Assembly: GCA_963696385.1 (NCBI GenBank)
Contig: CAVOKF010000005.1
Span: forward strand, 576,001-640,000
Length of the DNA: 64,000 bases
Direction of reading: 5' to 3'
From: an uncultured delta proteobacterium
GTDB lineage: Bacteria; Myxococcota_A; Polyangia; Polyangiales; Polyangiaceae
In this document: positions 48,305 to 58,297 of the stretch, piece by piece
Layout of the letters: every line of letters begins with the position of its first letter
How positions within the stretch are numbered: position 1 is the stretch's first letter
The notes under the pieces: generated by a model
Seen by the model: only the letters and a program-made list of their open reading frames with translations
Databases searched by the model: none
Told to the model about the DNA's origin: nothing
Translations under genes and position numbers: made by a program

Positions 48305-49528
48305 TTGAAGATCGTTTCGGCGGGGCATGCGGCTGGAATGGCGCTTGGCCGGACGCGACGGGAAACGGCAGAGGGCGCCGTTCTCGCCAGATTCATCGGG
48401 ACCTGCTCGCCCGTGCCCGCGTTTTTCTCATTGGCCGTCGCGATCACTTCGGCGTGCTCGCCCGCATCCGCGATGCCCCCGGGATTGGGTGACGGGGGAC
48501 GCGCCTCGCGCGCCGCGGCAGGCCCTATGGCGCTTGCCCGTCCCATCGGGCGCTTCGACACGCGCGATCCCGCGGGACCACGTTTTGGCTGGCCTGCAAC
48601 CGCCATTGAGGCAGCCTTCACGGGGGTGGGAATCAACGTGCGCCTTCGCGACGAAGGGGCCAACGTTTTCGCGGTGGTCATCGACGGGGCCACTCCGGCT
48701 TTGCTGGCCACGAATCGGACGACGGAGCGTTACGTCTTGGCCCGGGGCCTCGGTCCGGGCCGCCACACCGTCTTGCTCACCAAGCGCACCGAATCGAACG
48801 TCGGAGTGGTGCAGTTTCTCGGCTTCGTCCCGCACGAAGGAGTCCTGCTCAAAACGCCGGAGCCCGCCAGGACGCGCCGGATCGAGTTCGTCGGCGACTC
48901 GGTCACGTGCGGATACGGTGATCTCGCAACGGATCCGAAGGAGCACTTCAGCCCGGCAACGGAAGACGAAACAAGCGCCTACGGGGCATTGACCGCTGCG
49001 GTATTCGGCGCGCAGCGCTCTGTCATCGCGTACTCGGGCATCGGTGTGTACCGAGACCACGACGGCTCGACGCGGGACCAAATGCCCGTACGGTTCAGGC
49101 GAATCTTGGCGGACGACCCGACCAGCGTGTGGGGCTTCCGCGGCCCCGCTCCGGACGCGGTCGTCGTCCATCTCGGCGCGAACGATTTTGCAAAAGGAGA
49201 TCCGGGTGCGGTGTTCGAGCAAGCCTACGGTGGCCTGTTAAGCATGCTGCGCACGGTTTACCCGGACGCTGCCATTCTCTGCGCCGTCAGCCCCATGCTG
49301 ACGGATGCCTACCCGCTGGGAGCGAAGAATCGAACGAAGGCGGCAGGATACATACGAGCCGCAGTGAACGAGCGCAGGCTCGCGGGCGATAGGCATGTTT
49401 TCTATTTTGAATTCGACGAGATCGTCAAGGCCGACGGGTTCGGGGCCGACTATCACCCGAGCCTTTCCAGCCACCGTCGCATGGCGGCGGAGCTCGCGGC
49501 CGTGCTCCGGTCGACCTTGGGATGGTAG
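48305..49528 (+). CDS. SGNH/GDSL hydrolase, carbohydrate esterase family 2-like, probable lipoprotein
   Basis: KRTE, RIEFVGDSVTCGYG, AYSGIG, LGANDF, DYHP; lipobox-like TSAC; start uncertain. Confidence 0.9.
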   Translation: MKIVSAGHAAGMALGRTRRETAEGAVLARFIGTCSPVPAFFSLAVAITSACSPASAMPPGLGDGGRASRAAAGPMALARPIGRFDTRDPAGPRFGWPATAIEAAFTGVGINVRLRDEGANVFAVVIDGATPALLATNRTTERYVLARGLGPGRHTVLLTKRTESNVGVVQFLGFVPHEGVLLKTPEPARTRRIEFVGDSVTCGYGDLATDPKEHFSPATEDETSAYGALTAAVFGAQRSVIAYSGIGVYRDHDGSTRDQMPVRFRRILADDPTSVWGFRGPAPDAVVVHLGANDFAKGDPGAVFEQAYGGLLSMLRTVYPDAAILCAVSPMLTDAYPLGAKNRTKAAGYIRAAVNERRLAGDRHVFYFEFDEIVKADGFGADYHPSLSSHRRMAAELAAVLRSTLGW

Positions 49529-49632
49529 AGGCGCCTGCGAGCACGCGCGCCCTACCTGCCTCGAAGTTCGTGGCCCGCGAGGTAGCGCCAGATTGCCGCC
49601 AACGCCGTCGTGTCCGCGAACACCTCCCCACA

Positions 49633-50423
49633 TGGGGGTATCATGTTGCCCAATCACACCGCGCTAAAGGTCGCAGAAACCTTCCGTGTCCTGCATGCCC
49701 TCTTCCCCGGTCGCATCGATCTGGGCCTCGGCCGTGCTCCGGGTACCGATCCGCGCACCGCAGCGGCCCTCCGCCGGTCACGAGAGGCGCTCGCCGTCGA
49801 CGACTTTCCCGAGCAATTCGATGAGCTCGCGCGCTACCTGGACGACGACGCTCCGCCCCGTTCCGGTCCGACGGGAACGATTCGCGCCATCCCGACCAAC
49901 GTCCCCTCGCCGGAGCTCTGGATGCTCGGGTCGAGCGAGGCCGGCGGCGCTCTTCTCGCCGCGCAACGCGGACTGGGCTTCGCCTTCGCCCACCACATCA
50001 ACCCGGAGGACTCGGTTCGCGTCCTGCGGGGGTACCGCGAGGCGTTCGTCCCTTCCGCGCGCTGGCCGAAGCCCTGGGCCATCCTCGCGCTGGCTGTCGT
50101 CTGTGCCGAGACCGACGAGGTTGCCGAACGACTCGCCTCGTCGAGCGAGCTCGCCATGGTGCGCTTCCGACAGGGCGTTCGCGACCCCCCCCTTACCGAG
50201 TGTCGAAGAGGCGATCGCGCATCGCTACGGCCCGGCGGAGCAAGCGTTGCGACGCGGAGGCAGCGCGCATTTACTCGTTGGCGGCCCCGCGCGGGTGCGC
50301 GCACGGATCGCTGAGCTCGTGGAAGCGTCGCATGCGAACGAGGTGATGGCGCTCACCCACATGCACAAACACGCCGACAGGAGGCGATCGTACGAGCTGC
50401 TGGTGGACGCACTGCGATCTTGA
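49633..50423 (+). pseudogene. LLM-class flavin-dependent monooxygenase, 5'-truncated and frameshifted
   Basis: Begins at [33 protein letters not shown] (the usual N-terminal part is missing); frame changes at a C8 run (50185-50192) to PSVEEA...SYELL. Confidence 0.85.
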
Positions 50424-50461
50424 AGGTCAACATGGGCCTCCCCGACGACAGACGGCCTCGA

Positions 50462-50477
50462 TGGAACGATCTTTGCC
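50462..50477 (+). promoter_or_regulatory. sigma54-like -24/-12 motif
   Basis: TGGAACGATCTTTGCC; ATG 14 nt after the -12 C. Confidence 0.6.
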
Positions 50478-50489
50478 AGTTCCCCTACC

Positions 50490-50648
50490 ATGCTGTTCAC
50501 AATCCTACTCATTGTCCTTGTCCTCGCACTGGTTGGCACGGTCCCGGCGTGGCCATACAGCCGCGGCTGGGGGTATTATCCCAGTGGAGGCCTCGGTCTC
50601 GTATTGCTGGTTGTGCTCGTCCTGTTGCTGTCCGGCCATCGCCTGTGA
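50490..50648 (+). CDS. DUF3309 small membrane protein (below the ORF-track cutoff)
   Basis: MLFTILLIVLVLALVGTVPAWPYSRGWGYYPSGGLGLVLLVVLVLLLSGHRL. Confidence 0.93.
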   Translation: MLFTILLIVLVLALVGTVPAWPYSRGWGYYPSGGLGLVLLVVLVLLLSGHRL

Positions 50649-50752
50649 CGGTCGCGGTATCGCCTCCCGCAAGCGGTGCAAAGCCCGCGCGGCTGGGTAC
50701 CTTAGGCCACTTGACTCGAGTTGCGCGTGCCGGCGCTTCGTAGGCGAGCTCG

Positions 50753-51676
50753 CTAGATTCCCGCCCCGTCGTTGAAGACCTCATGACGCAGCTGGGCCTG
50801 GCTGACGTGGGTGCCGGGTGCGATGCTATGCGTGAGCCATACGTTGCCTCCGACGCTCGATCCACGCCCGACCGTGATCCGACCCAGGACGGTCGCTCCC
50901 GCGTAGATGATGACGTCGTCTTCGACGATGGGGTGGCGCGGGATCCCCTTCACGGGGTTTCCGTGGTCGTCGGTCGGGAAGCTTTTGGCTCCCAGCGTGA
51001 CGCCCTGGTAGAGCCGGACGTGCTCGCCGATCGTGCAGGTCTCGCCGATCACGACGCCGGTACCGTGGTCGATGAAAAACCGCGGACCGATCGATGCTCC
51101 CGGATGGATGTCGATGCCGGTGACGGAGTGGGCGAGCTCGGAGATCATGCGTGGAATCAACGGGACTCCGAGCCGGTGCAGTTCGTGGGCGATCCGGTGG
51201 TAGGTGATGGCCGTCATCCCCGCGTACGAGAAATTCGTCTCGTCCGCGCTCGTGGCGGCCGGGTCCCCTTCGTAAGCGGCGCGCGCGTCGCTCTCGAGAA
51301 GCTCGCGCAACGCGGGAAGCCGGGATGCGAACGCGTGCACGATCGCCGTGGCGCGAGGGGCATCCGCCTCGCTGACCGCCTCCCCGTGTTGCCCCTCGAA
51401 CCGCAGGCCCACGCGAACCTGCTCCTCGAGCACGGCCAACGACGCGTCGAGCGTCCGACCGACGTAGTAGACCAGCCCTTCGCTGGACAGGTCCGATGCA
51501 CCGAAGTGCCAGGGAAACAGCGCCGCTCGGAGCCCCGACACGAGCTCGGCGACCGCCGATCGCGAGGGGAGCGGTCGCCGCCCGAACGTGCCGCTCCGGC
51601 TGCGCTCGTTCGCCCGGCAGATGGCCTCCACCACCGCGCCGAGGGGCTCCGTGGTCGTTGTTGTTCTCTCGCTCAA
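50753..51676 (-). CDS. cysE: Serine O-acetyltransferase
   Basis: AAYEGDPAA, GIDIHPGA.IG..FFIDHGTGVVIGET, YQGVTLGA, RHP hexapeptide motifs. Confidence 0.95.
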   Translation of the reverse strand: MSERTTTTTEPLGAVVEAICRANERSRSGTFGRRPLPSRSAVAELVSGLRAALFPWHFGASDLSSEGLVYYVGRTLDASLAVLEEQVRVGLRFEGQHGEAVSEADAPRATAIVHAFASRLPALRELLESDARAAYEGDPAATSADETNFSYAGMTAITYHRIAHELHRLGVPLIPRMISELAHSVTGIDIHPGASIGPRFFIDHGTGVVIGETCTIGEHVRLYQGVTLGAKSFPTDDHGNPVKGIPRHPIVEDDVIIYAGATVLGRITVGRGSSVGGNVWLTHSIAPGTHVSQAQLRHEVFNDGAGI

Positions 51677-51697
51677 GTCGCGATTCCCTGCGCGTCG

Positions 51698-52651
51698 TCA
51701 GATCCCCTCGAAGAGGACCGTGCTGAGGTAGCGCTCGCCCGAATCCGGCAGCACGACGACGAGGGTCTTTCCTTCGTGTTCCGCCCGCGCGGCGAGCCGC
51801 ACCGCGACAGCAGCCGCCGCCCCGCTCGATATGCCGGACAGGATCCCCTCCTGGCGGGTGAGCCGGCGCGCGTAGTCGATCGCTTCCTCGTTCGTCACTT
51901 GCTCCACCTGGTCGACGATCGAAAGGTCCAGCACGTCCGGAATGAAGCCGGCGCCGATTCCCTGAATCTTGTGCGGTCCGGGTACGAGGGGTTTGCCCGC
52001 GCGCTTCTGCGAGATGACGGGACTGTTCGTGGGCTCGATGGCCACGGACAAAAGGGGCTTTCCGCGTGTCTTCTCGAAGTAGCGGGAAACCCCCGTGATG
52101 GTGCCGCCGGTGCCCACCCCGGAGACCAGAATGTCGACGTCGCCTCCCGTGTCGTCCCAAATTTCCGGTCCCGTGGTCGTTTCATGAATCGCCGGGTTCG
52201 CCGGATTCTTGAATTGCTGCAAAAGCACGTAACGAGCCGGATTCGAAGCGGCGATCTCTTCGGACTTCGCGACGGCGCCGCTCATCCCTTTGGGCCCTTC
52301 GGTCAGGACGAGTTTTGCGCCGTACGCCGCCAAGAGCTTGCGACGCTCGATGCTCATCGTCTCGGGCATGGTCAGCGTGAGGGGGTATCCGCGAGCGGCG
52401 GCGACGAACGCGAGCGCGATGCCGGTGTTGCCGCTGGTCGGCTCGATGATCTCCTTGCCGGGTCCAAGGACGCCCCGCTTCTCCGCATCCCACACCATGG
52501 CCGCACCCAGACGGCACTTGACCGAATACGACGGGTTGCGTCCCTCGATCTTGGCGAGGATCCGGGCGCGCGGTCGGTCTTGCAGGTGATTGAGGCGCAC
52601 GAGCGGCGTGCGGCCGATGGACTGAGCGTTGTCTTCGAACCAGTGGGCCAT
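51698..52651 (-). CDS. cysK: Cysteine synthase A
   Basis: [16 protein letters not shown] (PLP lysine), [41 protein letters not shown]. Confidence 0.97.
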   Translation of the reverse strand: MAHWFEDNAQSIGRTPLVRLNHLQDRPRARILAKIEGRNPSYSVKCRLGAAMVWDAEKRGVLGPGKEIIEPTSGNTGIALAFVAAARGYPLTLTMPETMSIERRKLLAAYGAKLVLTEGPKGMSGAVAKSEEIAASNPARYVLLQQFKNPANPAIHETTTGPEIWDDTGGDVDILVSGVGTGGTITGVSRYFEKTRGKPLLSVAIEPTNSPVISQKRAGKPLVPGPHKIQGIGAGFIPDVLDLSIVDQVEQVTNEEAIDYARRLTRQEGILSGISSGAAAAVAVRLAARAEHEGKTLVVVLPDSGERYLSTVLFEGI

Positions 52652-52772
52652 GACATCCTCCCACAATCGCCGCCGCCGGTGAATGCTCGATTCGGCAAGC
52701 CGGTCGGCAGCTCGCGTCGAGCGTTCGTAGCACGAGACATGCTTTCGTTCCAACGTCGCTCCCCCGGCCCGC

Positions 52773-52936
52773 GTGGAGGCCATGGCAATCGCCAAGTCCA
52801 TGGCGTACCACTCGGGCAGACGATTGACTTCAATCGGCAGTGCTTGGCCGAAGGCCTGGCGAACCTCGGCGGTGGCTTTTTTCAGAGCTTGCCCGGCTCG
52901 GGCTCGCTGACCCGGTCGCCGATCAACTACCAGGCT
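52773..52936 (+). pseudogene. Internal fragment of a SulP family sulfate permease
   Basis: [14 protein letters not shown] / [36 protein letters not shown] with a 1-nt frameshift near 52815. Confidence 0.8.
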
Positions 52937-52979
52937 CAAGGTCACCGTCTCCCAGACGGCTTGAGCCTCGGGTTTCTTC

Positions 52980-53669
52980 CTAGGTCAGCCCGTAGCCGAT
53001 GACGTCGAGACAGCGACTCTCGTGCGAGCTCCGATTTTCGTACGAGTGCGCTGCGTTCGCCTCGAAGAAAAGCGTGTCGCCCGGCGTCAAATCGTAGTTC
53101 TGGTTGCGCACGCTGACCCGGAGCGCTCCGGTGAGCAAGATCACGGTCTCGTGCGCACCGAGTCCATGGGGCTCGCTGTGAAGAATGCCCTTGGCATGAA
53201 AGCGAAGTTCGTAGATCTCCAGCCGAGCCGAGGCTCCCGAAGGCGAGAGCAGCCGGCTCTCGACGCGGCCGTCGCTCGTACGGAGCGGGGTCGAATCCCC
53301 CGACTTCAGGAGTCGAGCCGTCTCCGACTCATCCGGTCCGAGCAGAGTGTTGAAGGGCACCTTCAGCCCGACCGCGATCTTCCAGAGGACCGACAAGCTC
53401 GGATTCGATCGGCACGTCTCAATCTGCGACAGAGCGGCGCGGCTCACGCCGCTCGCCAGCGCGAGCTCGTCCAACGACAGTCCGCGCTCCTTTCGAAGGA
53501 CGCGCAGACTGTCTGCGACGCGGCGGGCCAGCACGGCGGCGCCCACGTCGTCGCCGAGTCCGTCGACTTTGGGGCGACCGGCGGGCTTGTTCGGGAGCGG
53601 GGACGTCCGCTCCGGAGAGGGCGAAACGACTCGAGGGCCGGATTTGCGGCCGGGTGCCGGCGGGCTCAT
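52980..53669 (-). CDS. XRE-family HTH plus cupin transcriptional regulator (SutR-like architecture)
   Basis: [27 protein letters not shown]...[11 protein letters not shown]; cupin SEPH..GAHE...GDTLFF...HSYEN. Confidence 0.92.
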   Translation of the reverse strand: MSPPAPGRKSGPRVVSPSPERTSPLPNKPAGRPKVDGLGDDVGAAVLARRVADSLRVLRKERGLSLDELALASGVSRAALSQIETCRSNPSLSVLWKIAVGLKVPFNTLLGPDESETARLLKSGDSTPLRTSDGRVESRLLSPSGASARLEIYELRFHAKGILHSEPHGLGAHETVILLTGALRVSVRNQNYDLTPGDTLFFEANAAHSYENRSSHESRCLDVIGYGLT

Positions 53670-53865
53670 TCGATCGAATGTAATGCGAGGACCACCGGGC
53701 CCGCAAACAATTGGTGGCGGGGGGGGTTCGCCCCGGGCAGCCGTCGAGGTCGAGGTTAGGTCGAGGTCGGGGTATCGGCCGGTGGAGGTTGGCCGTGAGG
53801 CACGGTCGCATGGTCACGCAGCGTACCGCCGACCGCCGAGACGCCTCGATCCGTCTCCCGCATTG

Positions 53866-53895
53866 TAGACACTGGTCCAGTATGATAGACAATGG
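53866..53895. promoter_or_regulatory. Putative operator TAGAC-N4-GTCCA plus a second half-site
   Basis: TAGACACTGGTCCAGTATGATAGACAATGG between the divergent XRE and ribBA genes. Confidence 0.55.
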
Positions 53896-53913
53896 CGGCG
53901 AGGCAGGTCGAAC

Positions 53914-54262
53914 ATGCCGTATTCGAGGGTCGAAGAGGCCATCCGGAGGACCCGACGCGGCGAACCCGTCGTGGTGGTCGACGACGCGGAGCGCGAGAAC
54001 GAAGGCGATCTCATCGTCGCCGCCGAGACCGCAACGCCGGAAGTCATCCGATTCGTTCTTCGCTACACGAGTGGCGTCTTGTGCGGCCCTGGAAGGCTAC
54101 CCGTTGCGAATCGTCGAACGCGTGGCGCTCGTCACGGCCCCCAACGCTGAAAACATCGGCTATCTGTCGGCGAAGCAGTCCAAGCTCGGCCACATGCTCG
54201 GTTTGGCAGCGAAGGTCGGCCACGCGCCAGATCGGATCTCGGAACGGGTCGTCTCGAGGTAA
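53914..54262 (+). pseudogene. ribBA: ribBA with a large internal deletion
   Basis: RibB N-terminus ([16 protein letters not shown]...TSGVLC) joined out of frame near 54085 to the RibA C-terminus (LEGY.L.IVERV...N..YL..K.SKLGHML). Confidence 0.88.
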
Positions 54263-54300
54263 GTTACGCGCCCGATCGGACCGTGGTGAGGTCTATATGG

Positions 54301-54329
54301 TTGACTAAGTCCACGAGATGGGTTATGAG
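54301..54329 (+). promoter_or_regulatory. Putative sigma70 promoter/operator of the TA pair
   Basis: TTGACT-17 nt-TATGAG overlapping the palindrome GACT-A-AGTC. Confidence 0.4.
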
Positions 54330-54337
54330 TGACTGCC

Positions 54338-54565
54338 ATGGGTTCCAAGGTGAACGTCCATGAGGCCAAGACCCATTTCTCGCAGCTTCTCGAGCGCGCG
54401 CACGCCGGCGAGGAGATTGTCATCGCGAAGAGCGGCAAGCCCTACGCCCGCCTTGTGCCGTTGGCCGCACCGGCTCCCCGCGAACCAGGGCTGCTGAAGG
54501 GCAAGCTCGGCGACGCCTTCTTCGAGCCCCTGTCTGAAGATGAGCTCAGGGCGTGGGAACGGTGA
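54338..54565 (+). CDS. Phd/YefM family antitoxin
   Basis: VNVHEAKTHFSQLLERAHAGEEIVIAKSGKPYARLVP. Confidence 0.93.
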   Translation: MGSKVNVHEAKTHFSQLLERAHAGEEIVIAKSGKPYARLVPLAAPAPREPGLLKGKLGDAFFEPLSEDELRAWER

Positions 54566-54948
54566 CCGTCCTCCTCGATACGCACGTACTCATCTGGTGG
54601 CTTTTGGCTGACCGACGCCTGTCGAAAGCGGCACGCGCCATTTTGCGCGACCCGGCGAATCGGATTCTTGTGTCGAGCGCCAGCGCTTGGGAGATCGCAA
54701 CGAAACACCGCCTCGGCAAGCTCACGGGAGTCGACGTGCTGGTCCAGGACGTAGCAAGGTGGGTCGCGCAGGCGGGCTTTGGCGAGCTGCCGATCACCAT
54801 GACTCACGCGCAACGAGCGGGCACGTTCCCGCACGAACACCGCGACCCGTTCGATCGGATGCTCGCCGCGCAGAGCGAGCGAGAGGCCGTACCGATCGTC
54901 TCCGGCGACACCGTTTTTGCGACGTTCGGCGTGCACGTAGTCTGGTGA
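54562..54948 (+). CDS. vapC: VapC/PIN-domain toxin
   Basis: LLDTH.LIWW, VSSASAWEIA.K...GKL, HRDPFDRML.AQ, SGD; GTGA overlap with the antitoxin. Confidence 0.93.
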   Translation: MTVLLDTHVLIWWLLADRRLSKAARAILRDPANRILVSSASAWEIATKHRLGKLTGVDVLVQDVARWVAQAGFGELPITMTHAQRAGTFPHEHRDPFDRMLAAQSEREAVPIVSGDTVFATFGVHVVW

Positions 54949-55009
54949 GTTCGCTTGCGGGAGCGAGCAACCGTGCGCGCATCTTTTTGATGCGGGACAA
55001 GCCGCAGCC

Positions 55010-55165
55010 GGAATGGTGCGGCACACATTCGATCCGGAAGTGGAACGGCGCCATGTCGTCGAAGAGGCGCGGGTCCACGAAGTCGTCGGCGTCAGCGCCC
55101 GTCTCCGCGCAATGAGTGGTCACACGGTCAAGGAAGCCTCCGACGCGCTCACGGTCTGCAGCAGG
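55010..55165 (-). pseudogene. Fragment of a DUF1993 family gene
   Basis: LQTVSA / GGFLDRVTTHCAETGADADDFVDPRLFDDMAPFHFRIECVPHHS with a frameshift; resembles the DUF1993 N-terminal region. Confidence 0.65.
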
Positions 55166-55254
55166 CCGGTCTGAAAGAAACGAGATGCGATGAGCTCATA
55201 AATTCGGAGAACCGAGCCGCAAGGCGAGTGGCGTGAGCGCTATCCCGTGTCTTT

Positions 55255-55277
55255 TATGATAGACAGTGGTCTATAAT
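55255..55277. promoter_or_regulatory. Putative operator TAGAC-N4-GTCTA overlapping TATAAT
   Basis: TATGATAGACAGTGGTCTATAAT; 14/15 identical to 53881-53895. Confidence 0.55.
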
Positions 55278-55559
55278 GAAGTCATCATCCGGTGCCAAGC
55301 CCCCAAACTACAACGGAGAGCGACCCCGTGGCGACCATGCCCCCAACCCCAACATCGATGCGATCCGGTTTACACGGCCGTGCAGGACGCCAGCATCGTC
55401 GTGGGAACGCCGGTGGACATCCTCCATCCGGCGCATCGCCTTCGTCCTCGGCATCGACATGACCCATCTGCGCTGCTCCCGCTGTTCCTAGCCACGGCGT
55501 CGCAAAAAGAACGTTGCGGCGTCGCGGTTCCGGAACATTCCACGAGGAGGTTCCCAGTC

Positions 55560-57107
55560 ATGACGTTTTCCCATATGTCGTTTCGAGTGCCCTACGTTGG
55601 CGGTGCAGGGCTCGTTGCGCTCGGTCTGCTCAGCGTGTTGGCTCGCGCGGATTCTTCGAGCGCTGCGTCGTCCACGGTGGCTCCGGTCCCGATCGATCCC
55701 CCGCCGGTCACGGTGCTCCAGTCCAGCTCACGAGTGGCTCACGGGCTGATCTTCATTGCGCCGATCCGTACCGCCTCGCTCGCGATACCCAGCGGCGGCG
55801 CGGACGCCGGCGCGCCCGGCGGCGGTGTAGATGCCGCGGCGCCGGCCGCCCCGGCCGGTCAAGAGGGGCCCGAGATCCTCGACGATCAGGGCCGTCCTGT
55901 ATGGTTTTTGCCCATCACGAACGGCCAGGCCGCCGCGGACTTTCGGGTTCAAAGCTACCAGGGCGAGCCGGTTCTCACCTGGTCGCAGGGCGAAGGGTTC
56001 GGCGGTCTCGCTCAGGGCCTGACCACCGATTACATCTTCAACAGCCATTACAACGTCATCGCGACGGTCACGGCCGGCCATGGGCTCGACGCCGACCAGC
56101 ACGAGTTCAGACTGACACCGGAGGGGACGGCTCTCATCACCGTTTACGATGCCGTGACCGCTGACCTGTCGTCGGTCGGCGGTTCGACCAGCGGACTGGT
56201 TATCGACGGGGTCGTCCAGGAAATCGACATCGCGAGCGGACAGGTCCTCTTCGAGTGGCACAGCCTCGACCACGTGCCGTTGGTCGACAGCTATGAGCCC
56301 GTCCCCGCCTCGGCCACTACGCCGTACGACTACTTTCATATCAACGCCGTGAGCCCCGACGAGGACGGCAACTTGCTGATTTCGTCGCGGCACACGTGGA
56401 CCGTCTACAAGCTCAATCGACACACCGGCGACGTCATCTGGCGTCTCGGCGGCAAACAGAGCGACTTCACGCTCGGACCGAACGTGGCGTTCGCGTGGCA
56501 GCACAACCCGATTGCCGTCGACCGGGACACGATTCGAATTTTCGACAACGAATCGAACGGTACGCCCGTTCTGCCGTACTCGCGCGTCATCTGGGTGAGG
56601 CGCGATGATGCGACCAAGACTGCGACACTCCTGCGATCGTTTGTCCACCCCGACCATCTGTCGGCCGGGTCCCAGGGCGGCAGTCAGGCTCTGGACAACG
56701 GCGACACGTTCGTCGGCTGGGGTGCCGTCCCGCGAATCTCCGAGTTCGACCGCGAAGGCAATCTCCTCTTCGACGCGAGTCTCGCGGCGGGCTTCGACTC
56801 CTATCGCGCGTATCGATTCGAGTGGGTTGGAAAGCCGGAAACGTGGCCGACGGCCACGGCCCAGGCGGTTGGCGGTACGACCACCGTGCAGGCGATCTGG
56901 AACGGCGCGACCGAAGTGGCGCGCTGGGAGGTGATCGGCAGCGGCGACGGCGCGTCCGGCGACCCGCGCCTGCTGGCATCCTCACCGTGGAACGGCCTCG
57001 ACACGGCCATCGCGGTCGACGGCGATCCGAAATTCGTTCGAGTCGTCGCGAAAGACCGATTCGGCCGCGAGATCGGTCGTTCGCCCGTCACCGCCGTAAC
57101 GCAGTAA
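55560..57107 (+). CDS. Secreted arylsulfotransferase (ASST) family protein
   Basis: SD GAGGAGG, signal peptide; DQHEF, FEWHSLDH, DYFHINAV, LISSRHT, WRLGG..SDF, WQH, FDN, SQG, SYRAYRF.W. Confidence 0.9.
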   Translation: MTFSHMSFRVPYVGGAGLVALGLLSVLARADSSSAASSTVAPVPIDPPPVTVLQSSSRVAHGLIFIAPIRTASLAIPSGGADAGAPGGGVDAAAPAAPAGQEGPEILDDQGRPVWFLPITNGQAAADFRVQSYQGEPVLTWSQGEGFGGLAQGLTTDYIFNSHYNVIATVTAGHGLDADQHEFRLTPEGTALITVYDAVTADLSSVGGSTSGLVIDGVVQEIDIASGQVLFEWHSLDHVPLVDSYEPVPASATTPYDYFHINAVSPDEDGNLLISSRHTWTVYKLNRHTGDVIWRLGGKQSDFTLGPNVAFAWQHNPIAVDRDTIRIFDNESNGTPVLPYSRVIWVRRDDATKTATLLRSFVHPDHLSAGSQGGSQALDNGDTFVGWGAVPRISEFDREGNLLFDASLAAGFDSYRAYRFEWVGKPETWPTATAQAVGGTTTVQAIWNGATEVARWEVIGSGDGASGDPRLLASSPWNGLDTAIAVDGDPKFVRVVAKDRFGREIGRSPVTAVTQ

Positions 57108-57306
57108 ACACAGCCGAGCTTCGGGCAAGGTCGATCGCCGGCGTCCCGGGGGCCGATCCCGGTCCCGACCGTCGGCTCGGCCTTGCGCCGAGGCGAAACG
57201 CGATCGTCCAGGCGGCGCGCCACGGAGTGTGCCTCCTCCCTTCGCCGCGACCAGGTGTCCCGGGCGACAACCGTACGGCCGTGGCGTGTAGGGCGTCGAG
57301 CGGCGC

Positions 57307-57600
57307 TCAGCGGCCTTTGCCGAGAAGGCTCAGCGCGGCGACTTGAATCGACAGAGCGCCACACATGACGGCCTCCCTCGTTTCAGAGGAAGGAGGGTGT
57401 GCGGCCCAACGGCTGATTTCGTCTCTCAGCCGTTCGGCCTGGGCCACCAGGTCACGAATCTCCGTTGCCGGCTCGATGCCGCCTAGGCAGTGGAGCGCGA
57501 GGTCGACGGCGTACCGGGCGCGGTCGACGCCGGGGTCGCGCGAGGGAAGCGAGAACAGGCGCGAGGTGTGTGGCGAGGTTCTATCGGCTTGTGTAGGCAT
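57307..57600 (-). CDS. Hypothetical helical protein
   Basis: Protein-like composition (I.RW...PPS...RE motif); no family recognised. Confidence 0.5.
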   Translation of the reverse strand: MPTQADRTSPHTSRLFSLPSRDPGVDRARYAVDLALHCLGGIEPATEIRDLVAQAERLRDEISRWAAHPPSSETREAVMCGALSIQVAALSLLGKGR

Positions 57601-57820
57601 GCAGGGGATCAACCATCGGGACGGCCATTCGATGGCGCACGTCGTCCGCGCATAGCATCGACTCGTCGGCAAAGTCGTCGAACTCGCGGCGGCGAAGGAT
57701 CAGCCAGGACACGGCGCGACCGCCCATGGCGTCGAAGCGAATGCCGCCGCATCCCGCGCTGCCGGCGGTGGCGAGAGCGCTTCGTCACCGGCGGTCGCGA
57801 TCCGACCCACGAACGACGGG

Positions 57821-58297
57821 TCAATCGGCGCCTTGCAGGGGGATCGGCAGGGTCTCGATCGGAAGCACGCCGTCTTTGAGGTCGTCGTGCGCCGTGTGGG
57901 TCGGGACCTTTACGGGCGCATGTTCGGCCACCAATCCGCGGTTTCGGCTCTCCCGATCCCGGGCCTCCGACACCGGGGCTTGATGGTGCATCCAGAGATG
58001 GATGAAGGCCGTCAGAATGAAGAAGCTCGCAATGAGCATGCCGCTGTCTGCGAAAGCCACCCGCGGGTGCAGAAGCGACGGTCGGCTGACACCCCAAAGC
58101 TCGGCAGCAACCGTCGAGAGGGCACTGGCGGCCGAGGTACCCCAGAGCAACCCCCTGGATCGTTGCAGGGCGCAAAGTGCGATGGGAAGCGTGAACAAGC
58201 CGCATCCGCAAGGCTCCGCCGCAGTGCAAAGCGCGACTGCCGCCACGAGCGCGGTGCCGGCGACGACGGTGGCTACCACCAGGGGTCTCCGATTCAT
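57821..58297 (-). CDS. Membrane protein, possibly a truncated sensor input domain
   Basis: Four hydrophobic segments, then a short degenerate tail; sigma54-like CGGGTCGGAAATTGCA (58311-58326) 15 nt before the ATG. Confidence 0.5.
   Translation of the reverse strand: MNRRPLVVATVVAGTALVAAVALCTAAEPCGCGLFTLPIALCALQRSRGLLWGTSAASALSTVAAELWGVSRPSLLHPRVAFADSGMLIASFFILTAFIHLWMHHQAPVSEARDRESRNRGLVAEHAPVKVPTHTAHDDLKDGVLPIETLPIPLQGAD

Noticed and set aside
50185..50192. C8 run as a programmed frameshift or phase-variation site
   Set aside because: The gene is also 5'-truncated, so decay or a homopolymer sequencing error is the simpler explanation.
55277..55560. Riboswitch (SAM or FMN) in the long ASST leader
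   Set aside because: I could not recognise conserved aptamer motifs by eye. An Rfam/Infernal scan would settle it.
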